Position numbers and translations under genes: made by a program | Part shown: one piece after another, positions 1-9,106 of the stretch | Position numbering within the stretch: position 1 is the stretch's first letter | How the letters are laid out: each line of letters opens with the position of its first letter | Origin: Cyanobacteriota bacterium | GTDB lineage: Bacteria > Cyanobacteriota > Cyanobacteriia > Thermostichales > Thermostichaceae | DNA: 64,000 nucleotides | Reading direction: 5' to 3' | NCBI GenBank assembly: GCA_033764955.1 | Contig: JANRIL010000042.1 | Coordinates: forward strand, 1-64,000 | Notes under the pieces: model-generated | Database searches by the model: none | What the model was told of the DNA's origin: nothing | The model's input: the letters and a program-made list of their open reading frames with translations, nothing else

Positions 1-120
1 ATGCCACGCGATACCAACTCTGGAGTTCTGATCAAAAAAGTGGGGTTGGGCATCACCTCACTCAAAAAAGCTCGAAGAACTTTGGTTCGGAGAGAAGCCC
101 GCGCTCTATGCGAAGCATGA
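1..120 (+). CDS. tnpB: C-terminal 39 aa of an RNA-guided endonuclease TnpB (IS200/IS605 family), truncated by the window start
   Basis: Frame 1 reads MPRDTNSGVLIKKVGLGITSLKKARRTLVRREARALCEA*. RDxNS..I matches the RuvC-III RDxNAAxNI motif, and an IS605-type right end follows directly. Not in the ORF track. Confidence 0.8.
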   Translation: MPRDTNSGVLIKKVGLGITSLKKARRTLVRREARALCEA

Positions 121-138
121 GCGTCGGGAGTATGTCAC
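1..138 (+). mobile_element. Right end of an IS200/IS605 (tnpB) element: subterminal hairpin and terminal TCAC; probable omegaRNA scaffold
   Basis: Hairpin CCCGCGCTCTATGC-GAA-GCATGAGCGTCGGG at 98-128, followed by AGTATGTCAC ending at 138. This is the typical cyanobacterial IS605-group right-end layout. Confidence 0.8.
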
Positions 139-347
139 GAATCTTGGCCAGAATCGGGAGAGTCCTTGCCTACTTTAGGAATGTAGCCGGGACGCTCAGC
201 ATTTTCCCAGCCTGCCGGACGTTTGGAGTTATACCAAGCTAGCGAACCCAAAACCACGGCGGCCAAAAAACCACCCCCCAAGACAATTAACGGGGCAAGA
301 GGGATCCCTTCAGGAGCAGCCACAGCCAACAAACCATCAACGATCAT
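135..347 (-). CDS. psb35: Photosystem II assembly protein Psb35
   Basis: Single TM helix followed by GSLAWYNSKRPAGWE..ERP..IPKV. Confidence 0.8.
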   Translation of the reverse strand: MIVDGLLAVAAPEGIPLAPLIVLGGGFLAAVVLGSLAWYNSKRPAGWENAERPGYIPKVGKDSPDSGQDS

Positions 348-432
348 GGGGGTAATATCCTCAGTCTTAACGCTCTAGTTGGAAACAGTCATATCTGGGA
401 GAGGCCGCTAGCTAAGCCCCAAGATGGGGGTA

Positions 433-1554
433 TTATGCCACAGGCTGTAGGGATCCCGCTTGCAGATGTTCAGATCCAGCAATGAGGCGGGCACTGACAA
501 TGTGATCCTCTTTTTTGATCTTCACCATCACCTCTTGCCCTTGGGTGACATAGCCAAAGGCGGCATAGCGACCATCCATCAAATTGAGTCCGGCAGGAGT
601 GAGATCCGGCTCCGCCAGAAAGATAAAAAACTGAGAGGAGGCGCTGTTGTTGTCATCGGGGTAGCGAGCCATGGCCACCGTTCCTTCCACCGAGAAGGGG
701 AGGGCGGGTTCCGCATCCCAAATTCCCCACTCTTCAAAGGTTTTGCCATAGCGCGGTTTTAGTTCCCCTTTGGCGCGGATCTCCAAAGGAATGGTGCGGG
801 TTTCGTGCAAGGTGGGATCCACATAGCCATCGGCAGGTCCAGGGGGATCCCCCGCTTGAATCACATAAAAGTCTTCCACCCGATCAAATCCCAGGCCATC
901 ATAAAAGCCCTTTTGCACCAAGTCAGCAAAGTTACCTGCGGTTAGGGGCGCACTATATCCGTCTAGGGTGAGGTACATCGTGCCAGCAGTTGTGACCAGT
1001 TCCACCTCCGCTCGTCCCAAGAGACGGGGTAGGTCAGCATAGCTAGCGGGTAGCTCGTAGGGAAAATCCCCCAGCCAATTTTGTTCAAAGGCTTCTAGAC
1101 TGGTTAGCACCTCGTCATAGGCCAACCGAGCGTCCTCTTTCCCTTTCGACTTACGGTTCAGTTGCTCTTGGAGGGAGAGCAGGTGCTGCTGGATTTGTTG
1201 TACCTGCGTTTGGGCAATCGTTTGCTGGGGCACAGGCAATTGGGCAATTAAACTGGGAGCCTGTTGTCCAACCACCTGCTGAGCCGCTTTCACATCGGCA
1301 CGGGTGACTGACCAACGGTTGTACTTCAGATCTTGGTCAATGCGGCTGAGGGTTTCATCCAAGACTCGGATTTTTGGCTCAGTAATTGGCAAGGCTTGCC
1401 GCAGGATCGTCCGTCCGTCAGTGATGGCATTCCCCGCTGGCAGAGCCAAGGCCGGCAGCGGCTGCCACCAGACGAGCAGGATCAGCGAAACGGCAATCAG
1501 GCGAATCCAATGCTGCCATGACCTAGTGTTGGTGTGAGTATCCCCATACTGCAT
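433..1554 (-). CDS. Cyclophilin-type peptidyl-prolyl cis-trans isomerase (TLP40/CYP38-like, lumenal)
   Basis: Signal peptide, helical N-domain (ALPAGNAITDGRTILRQALP), APLTAGNF, GTVAMAR, NSASSQFF, DGRYAAFGYV. Confidence 0.9.
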   Translation of the reverse strand: MQYGDTHTNTRSWQHWIRLIAVSLILLVWWQPLPALALPAGNAITDGRTILRQALPITEPKIRVLDETLSRIDQDLKYNRWSVTRADVKAAQQVVGQQAPSLIAQLPVPQQTIAQTQVQQIQQHLLSLQEQLNRKSKGKEDARLAYDEVLTSLEAFEQNWLGDFPYELPASYADLPRLLGRAEVELVTTAGTMYLTLDGYSAPLTAGNFADLVQKGFYDGLGFDRVEDFYVIQAGDPPGPADGYVDPTLHETRTIPLEIRAKGELKPRYGKTFEEWGIWDAEPALPFSVEGTVAMARYPDDNNSASSQFFIFLAEPDLTPAGLNLMDGRYAAFGYVTQGQEVMVKIKKEDHIVSARLIAGSEHLQAGSLQPVA

Positions 1555-1944
1555 AGCCTTGTGCCTCTCAATACTCCATCGCTCCCCGTAGAGTGGCCTA
1601 GGGGAGTCCTTTACCAGCTTAGGGGGTAAGTGCAGTCTTTGAATACGGCAATGACAGGAATCCTCTTTTTCTTGTTAAACACTGAGGGTGTTGCCACAAG
1701 CCCCCATCATGCTACGAACTGTCGATATGACATAAGAGGTTCCAAAACAATCTCTAAGACAAGACGGTTTTTTCAGGGGGAGATGAAACGTCATCCTAGT
1801 TATGTATCTATATTGATATCGGGTTTTTCACTCCTCAAATCATCTGTGAATCTGACCCATAACGGCTCATGGGCAAAAGTGATCTTTCTCTTATGGAGGA
1901 TAGACCTTCTCTCGACTGAATTTTTTAGGGAAAGACGGTAGTTT

Positions 1945-2000
1945 CTTAAGCAGATTTTTACAAGAGCTTTACATTGTCGTCACTCGTAGCGCTTTATACT
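1945..2000 (+). promoter_or_regulatory. Putative Pho box (SphR/PhoB site) and -10 element
   Basis: CTTAAGCA-gat-TTTTACAA-gag-CTTTACAT, three 8-mers at 11-bp period (1945-1974), and TATACT at 1995-2000, upstream of a phosphatase-like gene. Confidence 0.55.
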
Positions 2001-2067
2001 ACTCAACTGGATGTTTTGTGTAACTTCCACCAACAGGTTTCGCTTCTTAACTTCTAGGGAGAACATT

Positions 2068-4266
2068 ATGCCTCGCTCTTGGGGATCCTTACGGTCTTTA
2101 GTCCTTGTGGGGATGAGTTTATCGCTGGGGACATTGGCTTACTCCCAAACCGGATGGACACAAACCCAGCCGATCAAGGGCTTTCAGCATTTGACCCGCT
2201 ATGTTGTGGGGGGGGCGGTCGCCGAGATCATTGCCGCTAGTCCCGATGGCAATACCCTAGCCTTTACGAACGCAGGCGATCAGCAGGTGGGGTTTGTGGA
2301 TATCACCGATCCGGCAGATCCCAAAGCTTTAGGCACGGTAGCGGTGGAGGGAGAACCCACTTCCGTTGCCATCACCCCTGATGGCCAGGTTGCGATAGTG
2401 GCCCTGTTAGACCTGATTGACGACGATAAAAAAGAAACGATTGCCGACCAAAAACCAGGCAAGCTGATCTTCATCGATCTGAGCAGTCGCACCATTCAAG
2501 CCGAGTTGCCCTTACCGGGTATCGGCCCCGATAGTCTGGCGATTACCCCCGACGGCAAAAAAGTTGTGGTGGCCATCGAAGACGAGGAAGATACCGACAA
2601 CTTGCCCGGTCAGCGGCCTGGCTCTATCACCATTGTCACCCTCAATTCGCAAGATCCTGCCCAATCTGAGGTGGCCAACCTAACGATAGATCTGAGCCAA
2701 GTGGCAGGTGCCAATTATCCGACGGATCCCCAACCCGAATATGTAGCCATCTCTCCCGATGGGAAAACCGCCGCCGTCACCCTACAAGAAAATAACGCCA
2801 TTGCCTTGGTGGATCTGGCTGGTGAAAAAATCATCCGCATCTTTTCAGCAGGCACCTCCCAACATGCCAAAGCCGATTTGACGGAAGACGGAGAAATTAG
2901 CCTGACTCAAGCCTTTGAGGGACGGCGAGAACCGGACACTATCGCCTTTACTCCCGATGGCAACTACCTCGTTACCCTAAATGAAGGGGACACCGACTTG
3001 GAAAGTTTTGGGGACAACATTTGGTCAGGGGGGCGGGGCTGGTCTATTTTTGATCGGGAAGGTACGGTTGTCTACGACAGTGACAGTCGTGCTGAAGAAG
3101 CTGCTGTCCTGCGCGGACACTATCCCGAAGGTCGCTCGGAAAATCGTGGCATTGAAATGGAAGGCGGGGATGTCGAGCGATTTGGCAACCAAGATCTGGC
3201 CTTTGTTGCCTCCGAACGGGGTAGTTTCTTAATCGTTGCGGATATTACGGAGCCTCAAGAACCGAGGCGGTTGGCCTTTTTGCCCACCGGACTTGCTCCT
3301 GAAGGGATCCTGGCTCTGCCCAAGCGCAACCTGGTCTTAGCCTCCAATGAAGGGGATGGCACGATCGATATTTGGCAAGCTAGCCCAGCCGAAGTGGATC
3401 CCTATAGCGAACGGGAACCTTTGGTGGTGTCAGAGAGCCTGGATCTTCCCTTCAGCGCCTTGAGTGGGTTGCAGGTGGACGCTCAAGAGACCAGTATGCT
3501 TTATGCTGTGCCGGATAGTGCCATCGCCCCTTCCCGTATTTACTCCATCAACCTGGAGGGGAATCGAGCGAAAGTCAGTAAGGCGCTGATTCTAACCAAA
3601 AATAATGAACCTGTCGCCTACGATCTGGAAGGAATCACCCTTGCTCCACAGGGCGGCTTTTGGCTAGTCAGCGAAGGAGACGATCGAGAGGGGCAAGAAA
3701 AACCCAATATCTTGATCCGTGTGGATGATCAGGGATCCGTACAGGAAGAGATCTTTTTGCCCGAGAGTGATGCTCAAAAGATTACTCGTTTTGGTTTTGA
3801 GGGGGTAGCCACCAATGCTGATGGCAGCAAGGTTTATGTGGCGGTGCAGCGAGAGTTTAAGGATGAAGAAAAAGGCAAAGTTCGCATTGCCGAATATGAT
3901 CTGACCAGCCAAACCTGGGCTTATTATTTCTATCCGTTAGACAGTGGCAATGTGGAGGATAGCTGGGTAGGACTGAGTGAGATAGCTCGTCAACCGGATG
4001 GCAGCTTTTTGATCCTGGAGCGGGATAATCAGGGGGGTGTTAATGGAGCCGCCAATGCGCGGATTAAAAGGGTCTATCGCATTTCTCTGGAAGGAGTGAA
4101 ACCGGGGGAAACCCTCGATAAAACGCTGGTCAGCGATCTACTCAAAGACCACAACTGGCTAGAAGAGAAAGCAGAGGGGTTAACGGTCACCGAAAAGGGC
4201 TTTTGGGTAGCCAGCGACAATGATGGTGGAGAAACCTATAGCCGCTTATTGCTGGTTTCCCCTTAG
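2068..4266 (+). CDS. Secreted beta-propeller protein: choice-of-anchor I (alkaline phosphatase-associated) domain plus phytase-like esterase domain
   Basis: Signal peptide; DPQPEYVA, VTLQENNAIA, NEGD, RSENRGIEMEG, LAPEGI; C-terminal DLEGI, GFEGVA, GLSEI, LERDN, KAEGL, SDND. ATG at 2068 with AGGGAG upstream. Confidence 0.8.
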   Translation: MPRSWGSLRSLVLVGMSLSLGTLAYSQTGWTQTQPIKGFQHLTRYVVGGAVAEIIAASPDGNTLAFTNAGDQQVGFVDITDPADPKALGTVAVEGEPTSVAITPDGQVAIVALLDLIDDDKKETIADQKPGKLIFIDLSSRTIQAELPLPGIGPDSLAITPDGKKVVVAIEDEEDTDNLPGQRPGSITIVTLNSQDPAQSEVANLTIDLSQVAGANYPTDPQPEYVAISPDGKTAAVTLQENNAIALVDLAGEKIIRIFSAGTSQHAKADLTEDGEISLTQAFEGRREPDTIAFTPDGNYLVTLNEGDTDLESFGDNIWSGGRGWSIFDREGTVVYDSDSRAEEAAVLRGHYPEGRSENRGIEMEGGDVERFGNQDLAFVASERGSFLIVADITEPQEPRRLAFLPTGLAPEGILALPKRNLVLASNEGDGTIDIWQASPAEVDPYSEREPLVVSESLDLPFSALSGLQVDAQETSMLYAVPDSAIAPSRIYSINLEGNRAKVSKALILTKNNEPVAYDLEGITLAPQGGFWLVSEGDDREGQEKPNILIRVDDQGSVQEEIFLPESDAQKITRFGFEGVATNADGSKVYVAVQREFKDEEKGKVRIAEYDLTSQTWAYYFYPLDSGNVEDSWVGLSEIARQPDGSFLILERDNQGGVNGAANARIKRVYRISLEGVKPGETLDKTLVSDLLKDHNWLEEKAEGLTVTEKGFWVASDNDGGETYSRLLLVSP

Positions 4267-4302
4267 TTACTAGTTAATACCCATTCGATTTTCCCTGACA
4301 AT

Positions 4303-4360
4303 GGATCCCTTCTATACTTGCCCCAAAGTAGGCCAGAAAATGAGAAGGGATCCCTTTTTT
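4303..4360 (+). terminator. Hairpin with U-tract after the phosphatase-like gene
   Basis: GGATCCCTTCT (4303-4313) pairs with AGAAGGGATCC (4343-4353), followed by CTTTTTT. Confidence 0.5.
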
Positions 4361-4537
4361 CGTGGGGATCCCTTTACTGTCAACCTAACCCCGTATCCTC
4401 CCGAACCAATAGAAGTTTTCTGCACGATCAATGATGAAATTTATAGTTTGATTGTTATTGGATGGAATTAGCTAAAATCAATTTAAGAAAATCATGTTAC
4501 GATTAGCACATCTCATACAGGTTTCGGGAGAGAAGAT

Positions 4538-5197
4538 GTGCGCTACGAAATCCGCTATGGATCGACCTTTTCCACCCTTTTTATTACTCTTTCTCCTGGA
4601 GAATCTATCACGGCTGAAGCGGGGGCGATGGCCAGTATGTCTTCTGCCATAACGATGCAAACCCGTTTTTCGGGAGGCTTTTTGACAGCCTTACTGAAAA
4701 AGATTTTTGGGGGTGAGACGTTGTTAGTGAATGGGTTTGCTAACCCCACCCAGCAGCCTCTCCAAATCGTTCTGACCCAGGCCACCATCGGCGACATGAC
4801 GGCGGTGGAATTAACCCAGCAAGCCCTCTGTCTACAACCAGGAGCCTACATTGCCCATGCAGGGGCTATCAACTTGGGGGTACAGTGGGCGGGGTTTGCC
4901 AGTTTCTTTGCCGGAGAAGGGCTATTTCGCCTCAAAGCAACCGGACAAGGGATCCTCTTTTTGGGAGCCTATGGCGGCTTGACCCCCTACGACCTAGATG
5001 GCGAATTGGTGGTGGATTCGGGGCATTTGGTGGCCTATCCCCCCAGCATTCAGATGAAATTGGGCTTAGCCAGTGGGTTGATCGGTTCTGTCACCTCTGG
5101 AGAAGGATTGGTCAGCCGCCTATCTGGGCAGGGCAGGATTTATCTGCAATCCCGCAGCCTTGACGGATTGGTGCGCTATCTCAATCCCAAGATTTAG
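4538..5197 (+). CDS. TIGR00266/AIM24 family protein (copy 1)
   Basis: GESITAEAGAMASM, GGETL, GEGLF, VVDSGHLVA, GEGLV, QSR motifs. Confidence 0.9.
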   Translation: MRYEIRYGSTFSTLFITLSPGESITAEAGAMASMSSAITMQTRFSGGFLTALLKKIFGGETLLVNGFANPTQQPLQIVLTQATIGDMTAVELTQQALCLQPGAYIAHAGAINLGVQWAGFASFFAGEGLFRLKATGQGILFLGAYGGLTPYDLDGELVVDSGHLVAYPPSIQMKLGLASGLIGSVTSGEGLVSRLSGQGRIYLQSRSLDGLVRYLNPKI

Positions 5198-5302
5198 AAT
5201 TCGGTGGATATTGGCGGATAGTTTGGAAAGAACCATGAGCCTGCCAAAGGTGAGTTCGCCCCTTCCCCCCAGCCATGCAGAAGGCCATCACAGGAGCCAG
5301 TC

Positions 5303-5986
5303 ATGAAGTACGACTTACTACATAAGCCCGACTCAGCCATCGCCCATATTCACCTCGATCCTAGGGAAGAGTTGATCGCAGAGGCAGGAGCAATGGTGGC
5401 GATGAGTAGCACCCTCCAGGTCAACACCACCCTACGCAAAGGGAAAGGGGGCGGGGTGTTAGGGGGGCTAAAGCGAGTCTTAGCGGGAGAATCCCTCTTC
5501 CTCTCGGTGTTTCGTACCGGAACCGAGCCAGGAGAGATTTATCTGGCGCCTAAACTGATGGGGGATATCTTGGCCTATAGCCTGCCCCCCGGCGGATTGG
5601 TGGTTCAATCGACGGGATTTATGGCTTGTACTCCCAAGGTACAGATGGATATTGGCTTTCAAGGCTTAAAGTCTCTGTTTGCTGGAGAATCGATCTTTTG
5701 GCTGGATGTGTCGGGCAGTGGCCTGATCTGGCTGAGTTCCTTTGGCGCGATTTATGAAGTCGAGGTGAACGGCGACTATATCGTCGATACGGGACATGTG
5801 GTGGCCTTTGAAAAAACTCTGAAATTTAGCGTTACCAAAGCCGGATCCAGTTGGCTGGGATCCCTCTTGGGCATCGGCGGAGAAGGTTTAGTTTTGCGCT
5901 TTCAGGGGCAGGGCAAAGTCTTTTGCCAAACCCACAGTCCTGCCGCCTTTGGGATGCATGTGGGTGGCCGGCTGCGCCCCCGCTAA
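5303..5986 (+). CDS. TIGR00266/AIM24 family protein (copy 2)
   Basis: AEAGAMVAM, GESLF, SSFGAI, VDTGHVVAFE, GEGLV. Confidence 0.9.
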   Translation: MKYDLLHKPDSAIAHIHLDPREELIAEAGAMVAMSSTLQVNTTLRKGKGGGVLGGLKRVLAGESLFLSVFRTGTEPGEIYLAPKLMGDILAYSLPPGGLVVQSTGFMACTPKVQMDIGFQGLKSLFAGESIFWLDVSGSGLIWLSSFGAIYEVEVNGDYIVDTGHVVAFEKTLKFSVTKAGSSWLGSLLGIGGEGLVLRFQGQGKVFCQTHSPAAFGMHVGGRLRPR

Positions 5987-6071
5987 GTTAGGGATGCCGC
6001 TCTCACGGCTTAATGCTCATGTATGACTTGAAACCCTGCTACTTTTCGGTCAACCCCTCAGGATAGTGCTT

Positions 6072-6767
6072 ATGAATGCGCAAACCCCTTTTCAGATTGA
6101 ACATAGCCCTGCTTATGCGGCGCTCCGCCTGCAACTGAGTGCTCGTCAAACGATGGTGGTGGAAGCCGGAGCTATGGCCGCCATGGATCCCAGCATTCAA
6201 CTCAAATCCAAGATGAAGGGGGGATTGATGAAGGGACTGGGGCGAATGTTGGGGGGAGAATCCCTCTTCCTCAGCGAATTTACGGCGGCAGACAAGCCTG
6301 CCCAACTCTATCTCGCGCCCGGTGTGCCGGGAGATATTCAGCACTATCGCTTGCAGGGCAATGCCTTGATGATCCAATCCTCCGGTTTTTTGGCGGCGGA
6401 TCCTAGCGTACAAATTGATACTAAATTTCAGGGGTTCAAAGGTTTTTTTAGTGGAGAATCCCTATTTTTGCTGAAAGCCACCGGATCTGGCGATCTCTGG
6501 TTTAGTTCCTACGGAGCTATCTTAGAAATTCCTGTCAATAGCGACTATGTGGTAGATACCGGCTACATTGTGGCCTTTGAAGACAGCTTGCAATATCGTG
6601 TGGAAGTGTTGGGGGGACTGTCCTTTCGCAGCCTGAAAACTTCACTGCTGGGAGGAGAAGGGCTGGTTTGTCGCTTTCAAGGGCGGGGTCGTCTCTGGAT
6701 TCAATCCCGCAATCTCTATGATCTGTTGAATTTTATGTATCCATTTCGACCGACTAAGAGCGACTAA
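6072..6767 (+). CDS. TIGR00266/AIM24 family protein (copy 3)
   Basis: VEAGAMAAM, GGESLF, SSYGAI, VDTGYIVAFE, GEGLVCRF, QSRN. Confidence 0.9.
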   Translation: MNAQTPFQIEHSPAYAALRLQLSARQTMVVEAGAMAAMDPSIQLKSKMKGGLMKGLGRMLGGESLFLSEFTAADKPAQLYLAPGVPGDIQHYRLQGNALMIQSSGFLAADPSVQIDTKFQGFKGFFSGESLFLLKATGSGDLWFSSYGAILEIPVNSDYVVDTGYIVAFEDSLQYRVEVLGGLSFRSLKTSLLGGEGLVCRFQGRGRLWIQSRNLYDLLNFMYPFRPTKSD

Positions 6768-6820
6768 GCAACCGATGAGGTTGGTTGCCACAATTTTCTC
6801 CGCTCCCCAATGACTAAGAT

Positions 6821-7012
6821 GGTACTCCTATGTAAGTAATGATGCATTGTAGTGCTACAAGAAGTTGAGGATCATACCAATAGGGTTTCCAGATTTTTGG
6901 AGAAGAAATGACCTTCTGAGAGGAGTCAGAAGTAAACTGCCTATGGCAATAGTGGCACCCATATCGTTGTTTTTTATTATGGGTTTTGCCATATTTAACC
7001 AAAGAAGAATGA
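6821..7012 (-). pseudogene. Internally deleted IS1-family remnant (InsA zinc-finger fragment, InsB C-terminal tail and terminal IR)
   Basis: The minus strand reads VKYGKTHNKKQRYGCHYCHRQF (InsA-like), then in shifted frames FSKNLE..IGMILNFL*HYNASLLT* (InsB tail). It ends in the IS1-like terminus GGTACTCCTA at 6821. Confidence 0.7.
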
Positions 7013-7137
7013 TATGGCAATCCTATAAGAGTTGTGAGAGCAAAGATCTCCCACGGATCCCCCTGCCCTATCGGTTACCTCTTTAGCAAGGGGGGCTTGG
7101 GGGGATCGGTTTTCACAAATCACTTAGGCTTGCTATA
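7013..7137. mobile_element. About 125-bp MITE with imperfect 26-bp terminal inverted repeats and TA ends, enclosing a GC-rich GATC-bounded hairpin repeat
   Basis: TATGGCAATCCTATAAGAGTTGTGAG (from 7013) compared with the reverse complement of TTCACAAATCACTTAGGCTTGCTATA (to 7137): about 19/26 match. Internal GATCCCCC...GGGGGGCTTGGGGGGATC. Confidence 0.6.
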
Positions 7138-7142
7138 TAGAT

Positions 7143-8210
7143 TTAGCTAATCATTGAAATCATTGTCAGAGGATAAAATAAATATTCTAGATAAAACAAC
7201 TTCCAAATCAATTGATAATAGTTGACAATTGTCTGACGACACTCGATTTGAACGGTTAACCGCATTGCCAATAAGACAACTAATCCCAGGCCATGTAAAA
7301 TTAAGAACCAGATCCCACCTTCAGACAAAAAGCAGATTAAACTCAGGCAACCCTTCTGAATTGGCAAGAAACCAAAAAAACTAAACAAGATCATACCAGC
7401 ATAAGCCAAACTTAATATGGCCACAGAAGCATTTAAAACTTTAGCCTGTCCCCAGCGCAAGGAGAATGTCGCAATCTGAAACTGTCGATCTCCTTCCATA
7501 TCGGGGATATCTTTGAAAATAGCGATCGCCACACCAAAAATTGACATAAACAAGGTTAGGGCAATTAATTGTGGAGGGATCCCAATCGGTAGCTGAGCAA
7601 TCTGGCGAAAGGCTTGATAAAGACCTAAATTCACAATCAACCCGCGCACTAAATAGATACAGGCGGCGGCAGCCAAAGGGAAGCGTTTTAGGCGTAGAGG
7701 AGGAAGTGAATACGCTGTGCCAATTAAACCACTACTCACCACAGTTGCAAGCAAATAAGGTCGTTGCCAACTGCTGGCGAAAAGAGCCAGGATCCCGCAG
7801 AAAAGAATAATTCGCCAACCTTGATGAGGGGTGAGGGATCCGGCAGCTAGGGGTAAATGGGGCTTATTGATGCGGTCAATCTCAATATCTGTCAGTTGAT
7901 TGAGTCCTACAATATAGATGTTCATACCCAGACAAGCCAATAAAGCAATGGCCAAAGACAGCCAATGCTCAATCCAAAGGATCCCGAAAGGAAGTGCCAG
8001 AAGATAAAGACTAAGGACACTCGCGGTCGTGCCATAGATAGTATGAGGACGGGTGAATTTCCAAAAACTAGTCAAAAATGATGCTGATTGAGGAGATAAT
8101 TTTTGCAGAGTCTCAACCTTTTCTGAGGAGGAATCCGGAGCTGGATGGCTATCAATAATATTCTCAGACAAAACCGGATCGATGACTGGTGGAGAAGCTT
8201 CTGATGTCAT
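7143..8210 (-). CDS. hpt: Homogentisate phytyltransferase (tocopherol synthesis, UbiA family)
   Basis: FTRPHT, NIYIVGLNQLTDIEIDRINKPHLPLA, KDIPDMEGD, IWKLFYLEY. The ATG at 8210 overlaps the upstream stop (ATGA). Confidence 0.9.
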   Translation of the reverse strand: MTSEASPPVIDPVLSENIIDSHPAPDSSSEKVETLQKLSPQSASFLTSFWKFTRPHTIYGTTASVLSLYLLALPFGILWIEHWLSLAIALLACLGMNIYIVGLNQLTDIEIDRINKPHLPLAAGSLTPHQGWRIILFCGILALFASSWQRPYLLATVVSSGLIGTAYSLPPLRLKRFPLAAAACIYLVRGLIVNLGLYQAFRQIAQLPIGIPPQLIALTLFMSIFGVAIAIFKDIPDMEGDRQFQIATFSLRWGQAKVLNASVAILSLAYAGMILFSFFGFLPIQKGCLSLICFLSEGGIWFLILHGLGLVVLLAMRLTVQIECRQTIVNYYQLIWKLFYLEYLFYPLTMISMIS

Positions 8211-9067
8211 GGCTTTATTCCTGTCAACAGACCATAGCGAATTAACCCAGAGGCATAACCGTTTGCCATTAACCTCAGGGAAAGAGCCGCCCGCAAAGTT
8301 GGCCACCCTTTGGTCAAAAGTTGCCAAATAACCTTCATATCCCATGCCGATTCCATCACTAAATCCCAAAAAGGAGCAACTTCTTTTGACCAATCGGCTA
8401 GCTTAAGATATTGAAAACCCGTTTGTTCAGCCAGTTGTTGATAGTCGGCTAAACTGAGAATATAGGGTAAGCAATAAACATCATAAATTTTTTGTAGTTG
8501 CTGGCGATCTTGAGCAGACAGGGATCCGGAGCGGTGACACCACGTCACTAGCAATAAACGTCCACCTGGTTTAAGCACCCGATGACATTCCGCTAAAAAC
8601 TTGGCTTTGTCGGGCATGTGTTCACCACTTTCCAAAGACCAGACAAAATCAAAACTACCCGCCGGAAAAGGCATTTCTAGGGCATCCGCCACATAAAATT
8701 GGGTTTGCGTCGAAAGTCCTTTTTCTTGGGCACGGCTAGTAGCTCGTTTCGCCTGAATCGGGCTGAGGGTAATGCCCGTCACTTGAGCCTGGAAGCGTTC
8801 TGCCAAGACTAGGCTACTGCCTCCGATTCCGCACCCCAGATCCAGAATCTGCTGAGGATTTTTTACCTCACACCACTCTAAGAGTCGATCAATCAAATCA
8901 ATCTGGGCTTGTCGCCGCTCGGGTCGGGGATCCCCTAGGGGGTAGTAGCCGTGGTGCATGTGTTCCCCCCAAACCGATTCCCAGAGACCGGAGGAAGCAT
9001 CATAAAAGGCTTGGATGCGCTGACGCAAGCCCGTGAAATCAGGGGCTAGGGTGGAATCAGAAGGCAT
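8207..9067 (-). CDS. vte4: Gamma-tocopherol methyltransferase
   Basis: FYDASSGLWESVWGEHMHHGYY, LDLGCGIGGS, WSLESGEHMPDK, TWCHR. Confidence 0.88.
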   Translation of the reverse strand: MPSDSTLAPDFTGLRQRIQAFYDASSGLWESVWGEHMHHGYYPLGDPRPERRQAQIDLIDRLLEWCEVKNPQQILDLGCGIGGSSLVLAERFQAQVTGITLSPIQAKRATSRAQEKGLSTQTQFYVADALEMPFPAGSFDFVWSLESGEHMPDKAKFLAECHRVLKPGGRLLLVTWCHRSGSLSAQDRQQLQKIYDVYCLPYILSLADYQQLAEQTGFQYLKLADWSKEVAPFWDLVMESAWDMKVIWQLLTKGWPTLRAALSLRLMANGYASGLIRYGLLTGIKP

Positions 9068-9106
9068 GAGGGAAGCCAATCATTGAGGAAAAAACCAGTC
9101 GGATAT

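Noticed and set aside
1630..1941. 103-aa ORF in a divergent intergenic region
   Set aside because: Non-ATG start, no recognisable motifs, lies in promoter DNA
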